NCBI RefSeq assembly: GCF_009805595.3
Contig: NZ_VMQO03000002.1
Span: 30,001-62,000, forward strand
Source of the DNA: Candidatus Tremblayella phenacoccinincola
GTDB lineage: Bacteria > Pseudomonadota > Gammaproteobacteria > Burkholderiales > Burkholderiaceae
Reading direction: 5' to 3'
Length of the DNA: 32,000 nt
The translations under genes were made by a program, and so were the position numbers. How positions within the stretch are numbered: position 1 is the stretch's first letter; each line of letters opens with the position of its first letter. The notes under the pieces are model-generated. The model was given only the letters and a program-made list of their open reading frames with translations, was not told the origin of the DNA and searched no databases. Positions 25,282 through 32,000 of this stretch are shown in pieces.

Positions 25282-28200
25282 TTAGTGGGTTTCCTTTTTG
25301 TATTTATGATAGATATAACCTGTTCCAGCTGGCACCAACCTACCTACTATAACATTTTCTTTAAGACCTAATAAGTAATCTTGTTCTCCAATACTTGCTG
25401 CTTTGGCTAATACTCTTGTAGTCTCTTGAAAAGAAGCAGCGGATATAAAAGACTCTGTAGATAAAGAAGACTTAGTTATTCCTTGAAGAACGTATTCATA
25501 GTTTATTATATTGTGTCCGATGCTCAATAGTTCTTTGTTTCCTTGAACTATTCTTGATCTTTCAACCTGTTCACCAATATAGAATGAAGAACAGCCTTTG
25601 GAGATAACCCTAACAAACCTTAGCATTTGTTTTACAATGACCTCTATGTGTTTGCTGTTTATGTTCACTCCTTGTGTTTGATATATGCTTTGTATTTCAG
25701 CAGAAATGGAGACCAGCAATACTTCAGACCCAAGGGCTTTTAAAACTACAAAGGGGTTTATTGAGCCATCAGTCAATGAATCACCTTTTTTAACATACTG
25801 TCCATCTTGAACTGTAATTCGATTCTCAGAGTTGAATGATAATATTTCAGCTTTTGTGTTATTAGTGTTAATATTGGTAATGACGGCCTTTAGGACAACA
25901 GTTGAATCAGCTTTAACGGAAACAAACCCTGGAACCGTAGTAAGCACTTTTGTGTCCTTTTGTACTCTTGTTTCAAAAGTGTCAGTAATACGCATCAAGC
26001 CACCTGTTATGTCTCTGTTCTTTTTAGCGTTAAATGGAACATAAGCTACAACCTGTCCAGCCGCTACATATTGTTCGTCCTCCGATATAACAATGGTCCC
26101 TGGTAACAATAATAGCTTCCTTGAATAACCGTTTGGATTGAGTATTTCAAGTGAAGGTCTTTTTGGTCCCTTTGTATTCTTTATTATATATATAGGCTTT
26201 GTCTTTCGAGTCTTAGTGGTTTGGGTCTGAACTGCTTCATTATCCACAAAATATCTAAGCTTAACCAAACCATCGAACTCTGCAATGAGTGGTTTATTAA
26301 ATTGATCCCATGTGTATATAACGTCCTTTCGATCCACATATTCGAGCTCTTTGAAAAATACCACAGAACCATACGGAACATAGAAATTACGTTGCACTTC
26401 CTTGTTTCTGGTTAGAATTATCAGCTTACCTGTCTTAGATATAGCCAACCTTTCCTGAGATCTATTCGACGCTAGTCTAAGCGAACAATGCAGATATATA
26501 ACACCTTTGCTTTCAGCTTTAACGTTCGACCAAGTTTCATATGAAGCCATCCCCCCAACATGAAAAGTTCGCATTGTCAGCTGAGTGCCAGGTTCGCCTA
26601 TAGATTGAGCAGCAACAACCCCTACTGCCTCCCCAACACTAATAGGAATTCCAGAGCTTACATCACATCCATAGCACATAGCACACAGACCATTCCTTGT
26701 ATTACAAGTTAGTGGAGAGCGAATGTGGAATGTTTCAATGTTGGGTTCCATTAAGGTTTCTAACGTAGCCTGCTCAATAAGAGTTCCAGCATCGCATATT
26801 ACTTCTCCGGTTGTTGTCTTAATTCCAGAAGAGCAGAACCTACCAAGAGACCATTTTGATACAAAACCTAACTCATGTTTGTTCTTTAAGGTGTTCAGAG
26901 CATTGATACCAGTGTTCGAACCGCAATCCCATTCTGTAACTACAATCTTCTGAGCTACATCAACTAGCCTGCGTGTTAAATAGCCTGAGTTAGCTGTTTT
27001 AAGCGCTGTGTCGGTTAATCCTTTTCTGGCACCGTGTGTAGATATGAAGTACTGTAATGTGGTTAACCCTTCTCGAAAGTTTGCAGTAATTGGAGTTTCA
27101 AGGATTGAACCGTCTGGTTTTACCATTAATCCTCTCATTCCTGTTATTTGTTTTATTTGATCTGTTGAGCCTCTAGAACCTGAGTTAACCATGGCGTATA
27201 TTGGGTTTGGTTTGTTTGTTTTAGATAGCTCAACCATCAATGAGTTCTTTACATATTCTGAAGCTTTGGACCATATTTCCATTAGGCTATTATAGCGTTC
27301 TAGTTGAGTTGTTAGTCTGTTATTGTATTGCGATTCCTGGACTTCAACCGCACCCCAAGCGCTTAACGTTATCCCATCTTTCTCTTTTGGTGTAAGCATG
27401 TCCTCAATGCTAATTGATATGCCAGATATGGTTGCTATGTTAAAACCACATTGCATCAGCTGTTCAATAAAGTTAATGGTGGTCTGTTTAAAGCTCCTGC
27501 GGATAGCCGTTTGAACAATGCCTGCTACTTCTTTCGTTCTTAAAGTCCTGTTTAGCCTATCGAACAAAATGTTTGCAGGTAGAAGTTTGGAGAGTATGGA
27601 TCTACCGACTGTTGTGGACCAAGCTTTAAAGAAGCTTTCGAGAAGTCCTCTGTGTTTTATGGTTTCCCTAATTCTAATTCTAATGTAGCAGCCTAGTCCC
27701 ATAATATCTTTAGCTTGAACATATATAGCTTCGTTGACATCGGAAAGAGGCATTTCTTTTCTAGAAACATTCTTAAGTAGCATTGAACATACGTATAAGC
27801 CTAAAACCATATCTTGAGCAGGTAGTATTATAGGACGTCCATTTGATACTGATGTAAGATTGTTGACTGGAGTGATGAGATGTTTAGCTTCCAATTGAGA
27901 TTCCAGTGATAACGGCACATGAACTGCCATCTGATCTCCATCGAAGTCTGCATTAAAAGCAGAGCATACGAGTGGGTTAAGTTGAATTGCATGACCTTCT
28001 ACTAAAACTGGTTCGAGTGCTTGAATACTAAATCGATGTAGGGTTGGTGCTCGATTCAGGAGAACATAACGACCCCGGGTTGCTTCATCCAATGCTTTCC
28101 AAGTTGCTAAGGTCCTGTTGTCAACTTCCTTCCTTGCAGCTTTGACATTTGCTGTTAGCCCGAGCCTTCCCAGAACCCCGAAGATAAATGGTTTGAACAA

Positions 28201-29343
28201 CTCTACGGCCATTGCTTTTGGTATTCCACATTGGCGCATTTTAAGGTTAGGTTCTACTGTTATTACTGAACGGCCAGAATAATCAACACGCTTACCTAAT
28301 AGATTCTGACGAAACCGACCAGCTTTTCCTCTCAGTAATTCAGACAAAGATTTTAAAGGCTTCTTGTTCGTGCCAAGTGTTGGGTTGCTTTTCCTGTTGT
28401 TATCAATTAAAGCATCAACCGATTCCTGAAGTATACGTTTCTCATTCTTTAGCATTATTTCAGGAGCTTTTAACTCTATTAACTTCCGCAGGCGGTTGTT
28501 TCTGTTTATTACCTTTTTGTATAACTCATTCAGGTCAGAAGTTACAAGCTTGTTTCCATCCAGAGGTATAATTGGTCTGAGGTCAGGTGGCAGAATTGGG
28601 AGAACACTAAGAACCATCCATTCAGGTTTAACGTTTAGCTTTTTAAATGCCGCTAAGGTTCTCAAGCGGCTCAACATAGGTTTCGTTTTAAACTGTTGGT
28701 GATGGGTTTCACTTGCAATGGCTTCTCTAATATTACTCATTTCTGATTCTATATCTATTAATCGTAGTAATTTCTTAACACCTTCAGGACCAGTTTCAGC
28801 TTTAAAGAAACCACTATGAAGCTTTGTTCTGTATTGAAATTCTTCTTCTGAAATGACTGAGCCTAACTTCAAAGAACTACTGCCAGGCTCAGTGACAATG
28901 TAAGCGTTCAAATATATTACTTTCTCAGCATCATTTGCTGTTACGTTAAGAATAGAACTTAGGTTAGAAGGAGATGACTTTAGGAACCACATATGGAAAA
29001 CAGGAACAACAAGTTCTATATGTCCTAACCTTTCTCTTCGAGTTTTTGATAGAGTTACTTCAACCCCACACTTCTCACATATTATTCCTCTGTATTTAAA
29101 ATAGCGATACCTACCACACATACATTCGTAGCTTTTAATGGGACCAAAGACCTTACAACAAAACAGACCTTCATATTCAGGCTTCAGGGTACGATAGTTG
29201 ATGGTGTCAGACGTTTTAACTTCTCCAAATGACCATGCTCTTATTTTGCTAGGAGACGCTAGACTGATTCTAACGGATTCAAACGTTTTATCATTCTCGA
29301 CTTGATATAGTGATTTTAAAAGGAATTGTTCAATGCTATTCAT
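25282..29343 (-). CDS. rpoC: DNA-directed RNA polymerase subunit beta'
   Basis: 1353 aa. It has the zinc-finger region [25 protein letters not shown], the catalytic motif [12 protein letters not shown], and the C-terminal [17 protein letters not shown]. Only 5 nt separate it from rpsL and 2 nt from rpoB. Confidence 0.98.
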   Translation of the reverse strand: MNSIEQFLLKSLYQVENDKTFESVRISLASPSKIRAWSFGEVKTSDTINYRTLKPEYEGLFCCKVFGPIKSYECMCGRYRYFKYRGIICEKCGVEVTLSKTRRERLGHIELVVPVFHMWFLKSSPSNLSSILNVTANDAEKVIYLNAYIVTEPGSSSLKLGSVISEEEFQYRTKLHSGFFKAETGPEGVKKLLRLIDIESEMSNIREAIASETHHQQFKTKPMLSRLRTLAAFKKLNVKPEWMVLSVLPILPPDLRPIIPLDGNKLVTSDLNELYKKVINRNNRLRKLIELKAPEIMLKNEKRILQESVDALIDNNRKSNPTLGTNKKPLKSLSELLRGKAGRFRQNLLGKRVDYSGRSVITVEPNLKMRQCGIPKAMAVELFKPFIFGVLGRLGLTANVKAARKEVDNRTLATWKALDEATRGRYVLLNRAPTLHRFSIQALEPVLVEGHAIQLNPLVCSAFNADFDGDQMAVHVPLSLESQLEAKHLITPVNNLTSVSNGRPIILPAQDMVLGLYVCSMLLKNVSRKEMPLSDVNEAIYVQAKDIMGLGCYIRIRIRETIKHRGLLESFFKAWSTTVGRSILSKLLPANILFDRLNRTLRTKEVAGIVQTAIRRSFKQTTINFIEQLMQCGFNIATISGISISIEDMLTPKEKDGITLSAWGAVEVQESQYNNRLTTQLERYNSLMEIWSKASEYVKNSLMVELSKTNKPNPIYAMVNSGSRGSTDQIKQITGMRGLMVKPDGSILETPITANFREGLTTLQYFISTHGARKGLTDTALKTANSGYLTRRLVDVAQKIVVTEWDCGSNTGINALNTLKNKHELGFVSKWSLGRFCSSGIKTTTGEVICDAGTLIEQATLETLMEPNIETFHIRSPLTCNTRNGLCAMCYGCDVSSGIPISVGEAVGVVAAQSIGEPGTQLTMRTFHVGGMASYETWSNVKAESKGVIYLHCSLRLASNRSQERLAISKTGKLIILTRNKEVQRNFYVPYGSVVFFKELEYVDRKDVIYTWDQFNKPLIAEFDGLVKLRYFVDNEAVQTQTTKTRKTKPIYIIKNTKGPKRPSLEILNPNGYSRKLLLLPGTIVISEDEQYVAAGQVVAYVPFNAKKNRDITGGLMRITDTFETRVQKDTKVLTTVPGFVSVKADSTVVLKAVITNINTNNTKAEILSFNSENRITVQDGQYVKKGDSLTDGSINPFVVLKALGSEVLLVSISAEIQSIYQTQGVNINSKHIEVIVKQMLRFVRVISKGCSSFYIGEQVERSRIVQGNKELLSIGHNIINYEYVLQGITKSSLSTESFISAASFQETTRVLAKAASIGEQDYLLGLKENVIVGRLVPAGTGYIYHKYKKETH

Positions 29344-29345
29344 GG

Positions 29346-32000
29346 TTAATCTCCAACATCCAACAGAACACCAAGTGATCTAATTTCCCTTAGCAAAACG
29401 TTAAAAGACTCAGGAACACTAGTTCTTAAGATGAAGCTGTCCTTAATGATGTTCTCATACATTTTAATTCTACCCCAAATGTCATCAGATTTAATGGTTA
29501 ACATCTCATGCAAAGTATAAGCTGCTCCATAGGCTTCCAGTGCCCAAACTTCCATCTCTCCAAACCTTTGACCTCCGAACTGGGCCTTTCCACCTAATGG
29601 TTGTTGAGTTATTATAGAATATGTGCCAGTAGACCTAGCATGCATTTTGTCTTCGGCTAGATGATGAAGCTTAAAGTAATACATGGTCCCAACGGTTGCT
29701 GGATATTTGAACCGCTTCCCTGTTACTCCATCAATTAGGAACAGTTGGTTCTTAGCTTGTGTGGTGTCTAACATGTAGGCTGTTTTCAATGGAAAAGCGG
29801 TTTCTGAAGTACGCTGAATGTCTTCTTCGTTGGTTCCGTTAAATATTGGAGTGTCACAAGGAATGCCATTTGTCAAAAGCTTCGCAGTTCTCAAAATGTC
29901 ACTGGCTACTAAGTTACTAATATTCTTACATTCTTTAGCTGAGTTAAAGATATGATATAGAACATCTCTAAGTGCAGAAGGCATTTTAATAGAGCTTTTC
30001 TTCAAGACTAAGTTGATGCGCGTTCCTGTGGATTTAGATGTTAGGCCTAAGTGAGTTTCAAACACTTGTCCAACGTTCATCCTAGAAGGCACTCCTAGAG
30101 GATTAAGAATTATATCAACAGCACGACCATCTTTTGTGTATGGCATATCTCTTACTGGAACAACTTTAGAAACCACACCTTTATTTCCATGCCTCCCTGC
30201 CATCTTGTCTCCAGGTTGGAGCGTACGTTTCGTCGCAAGTAATACTTTTACAACTTTTATAACCCCAGGTGAAAGAGCATAAACACCTGACGCTTTCTCA
30301 GTCTTTCTTCTCAGAACCAAATACAGGTCCGTTCTAGCATGTTCCATGATTGAGCGCTTTTCTTTGAATGTTATGTGGCACAAACTGTTGTTGGTCTCCA
30401 TTGTTAACCATACGTACGGGTCTATGGCTTGGAGTATTTCTACCTTTAGACTGCAACTACAGTTAATGAGAAGCCTCCCAATATATGAAAAGCTGTCTTG
30501 TTCAATGGTATGTATTTTGTCTCTCAGCTTGCCATTGAACATACTATGATGTTTGCTGTTGTGGTTAGTTGTAGTCTTTGCTTTGAAGGTTTGAGTGCTT
30601 ATAACAGTACCTTGAACACTTGGAGGAACACGAAGAGAAATGTCTCTAACCTCAGGTGCTTTCTCACTAAAAATGGCATTCATAAGCTTTTCTTCAGCTG
30701 TTAGAATTGCTGTTTCTTTAGGAATCACTTTACCAACCAGAATATCTCCAGCTTCAACTTGAGAACCAGCTCGTATTATGCCTTCATTGTCCAACTTATT
30801 CAACAGTGAATCTGAAAACCCAGGTATTGCATTGGTGGTTCTTTCTTTTCCAAACTTTGTGGCTTTTACGGTGACTGCGAATTCTTCAAGATGAACCGAA
30901 GTAAATATGTCTTTACCAACCAAGGTTTCTGACACTATAACTGAATCTTCGAAGTTATAGCCTTTCCAAACCATAAAAGCTACTAATATATTCTTACCCA
31001 AGGCCAGCTCACCTTTGCATGTTGAGGTACCATCTGCAATAACTTCACCTTTAGCTACTTTGAAACCATAGATAGCTGTAGGTCTAAAACTAGTGTAGGT
31101 GTTCTGATTTGTTCTCTCAGCCTTGACCAGCGTATGTATCTCAATGTGGCTGCTTTCAGAGTTTATGGTTGGTAAAGACCTGATAATAATTCTAGTTGAA
31201 TCCGCAAAGGCTATCACACCAGCTTCTTTAGCAACAACACAGGCTTTTGCGTCAATGGCTACAGGTTTCTCCGTTCCAGTGCCAATCAATGGACTTCTGG
31301 GGAGAATACAAGGAACTGCTTGGCGTTGCATGTTAGAACCCATTAGTGCTCTGTTTGCGTCGTCGTGCTCTAAAAAAGGAATCAATGAAGTGGCAACTGA
31401 TACTGTTTGTAGCGAACTAGCATCTATATACTGAACGTCAGCAAGCTTAGCTAGAGTTATGCCCTGTGTTCTTCTGGCTAATACTTTGCTATGGTTTCTT
31501 TGATCCAAAGAAGTTATTGTGAAACTCTCTTCTTCAGAAGCTGTTAGGAATTGAACACTTTTACTTATTCTTTCAGACGTTACCCTTCGATACGGAGCTT
31601 GCAAAAACCCATGTTCGTTCACTTGGGCATGGACAGCTAGAGAACTTATTAAGCCTATGTTCTGGCCCTCTGGGGTTTCAACCGGACAAACTTTGCCATA
31701 ATAGGTTGGATGTACGTCTCTAACCTCAAACCCTGCATGTTCTTTAGTTATTCCGCTTATGCCTATAGAAGTCAGACGTCTTTTATGAGTGACTTCGGAC
31801 AAAGGGTTAATTTGGTCCAAAAGCTGGGATAAGTGAGACGAAGCAAAGAAATCATTGAAAGCTTTGCATATTGGTCTGTAGTTTATGTTAGCAAAGGAAA
31901 GGTCACTATTGTTCTTGCAGTTATCTATAATGTTTTTGATTGCTTGTTCAACCGCTAAGAAGTTATTCCTGAACAAACTCTCTAATATTTCACCTACACA
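29346..32000 (-). CDS. rpoB: DNA-directed RNA polymerase subunit beta, C-terminal ~884 codons; 5' end outside window
   Basis: The reading frame stays open to base 32000; the M at 31976 in the ORF track is a TTG Leu codon inside the gene. LSQLLDQINPLSEVTHKRRLTSIG, GFEVRDVHPTYYGKVCPVETPEGQNIGLI, NMQRQAVP and GDKMAGRHGNKGVVSK match RpoB. Confidence 0.98.
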   Translation of the reverse strand, partial: CVGEILESLFRNNFLAVEQAIKNIIDNCKNNSDLSFANINYRPICKAFNDFFASSHLSQLLDQINPLSEVTHKRRLTSIGISGITKEHAGFEVRDVHPTYYGKVCPVETPEGQNIGLISSLAVHAQVNEHGFLQAPYRRVTSERISKSVQFLTASEEESFTITSLDQRNHSKVLARRTQGITLAKLADVQYIDASSLQTVSVATSLIPFLEHDDANRALMGSNMQRQAVPCILPRSPLIGTGTEKPVAIDAKACVVAKEAGVIAFADSTRIIIRSLPTINSESSHIEIHTLVKAERTNQNTYTSFRPTAIYGFKVAKGEVIADGTSTCKGELALGKNILVAFMVWKGYNFEDSVIVSETLVGKDIFTSVHLEEFAVTVKATKFGKERTTNAIPGFSDSLLNKLDNEGIIRAGSQVEAGDILVGKVIPKETAILTAEEKLMNAIFSEKAPEVRDISLRVPPSVQGTVISTQTFKAKTTTNHNSKHHSMFNGKLRDKIHTIEQDSFSYIGRLLINCSCSLKVEILQAIDPYVWLTMETNNSLCHITFKEKRSIMEHARTDLYLVLRRKTEKASGVYALSPGVIKVVKVLLATKRTLQPGDKMAGRHGNKGVVSKVVPVRDMPYTKDGRAVDIILNPLGVPSRMNVGQVFETHLGLTSKSTGTRINLVLKKSSIKMPSALRDVLYHIFNSAKECKNISNLVASDILRTAKLLTNGIPCDTPIFNGTNEEDIQRTSETAFPLKTAYMLDTTQAKNQLFLIDGVTGKRFKYPATVGTMYYFKLHHLAEDKMHARSTGTYSIITQQPLGGKAQFGGQRFGEMEVWALEAYGAAYTLHEMLTIKSDDIWGRIKMYENIIKDSFILRTSVPESFNVLLREIRSLGVLLDVGD

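Noticed and set aside
1-32000. An alternative genetic code (UGA as Trp), as in some tiny symbiont genomes.
   Set aside because: pnp (4402-4404) and rplQ (8673-8675) terminate at TGA at the expected protein ends. A conserved Trp in EF-G (TATMDWMEQ) uses TGG. All conserved genes are full length under the standard code.

Overview
This window looks like part of a very small, gene-dense, AT-biased endosymbiont-type proteobacterial genome. Its two parts do not appear to share one ancestry.

**Left block (1-6587).** It is very AT-rich; my hand counts of single 60-nt lines give about 13-18 G+C. On the + strand it carries mnmG (3' part), rlmE, tRNA-Leu(GAG), initiator tRNA-Met, pnp, tRNA-Leu(CAA) and rsmD. 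On the - strand it carries aroK and tsaB. The protein wording, the tRNA sequences and the residual order rlmE-leuU-metY-pnp match Enterobacterales (Gammaproteobacteria) as I remember them.

**Right block (6870-32000).** It is less AT-rich, about 22-29 G+C per 60 nt, and everything is on the - strand. It holds rpsU and aroB, then an almost gapless 23-kb run of rpoB-rpoC-rpsL-rpsG-fusA-tuf followed by the S10, spc and alpha operons. That run is 34 genes, including an rpmJ the ORF track missed. The EF-Tu sequence and the arrangements rpoBC-rpsL and secY-infA-rpmJ are betaproteobacterial.

**The junction.** The switch falls in a non-coding spacer filled by a strand-asymmetric, C/T-rich, almost G-free low-complexity element.
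- Related copies sharing short modules (TATATATAC, CTAACTAA, CCCCCTC..AACAC, CACATC..ATTCCTC) lie between rpsU and aroB and at the site where the nusA-infB-rpsO region has been deleted upstream of pnp.
- Short inverted cores lie downstream of tsaB (5838-5858) and in the left arm of copy A (about 1803-1831).
- Element cores supply the stop codons of tsaB and rpsU, and the C-terminal tail of rpsU.

**Other reductive oddities.**
- RpoA stops at the end of its N-terminal domain, so there is no alpha-CTD.
- rplX is absent between rplN and rplE.
- secY is intact but extremely diverged.
- Many genes overlap.
- None of the tRNA genes encodes CCA.

I saw no rRNA genes, CRISPR arrays, transposases or phage genes. 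All homology statements come from my memory of reference proteins, not from a search.
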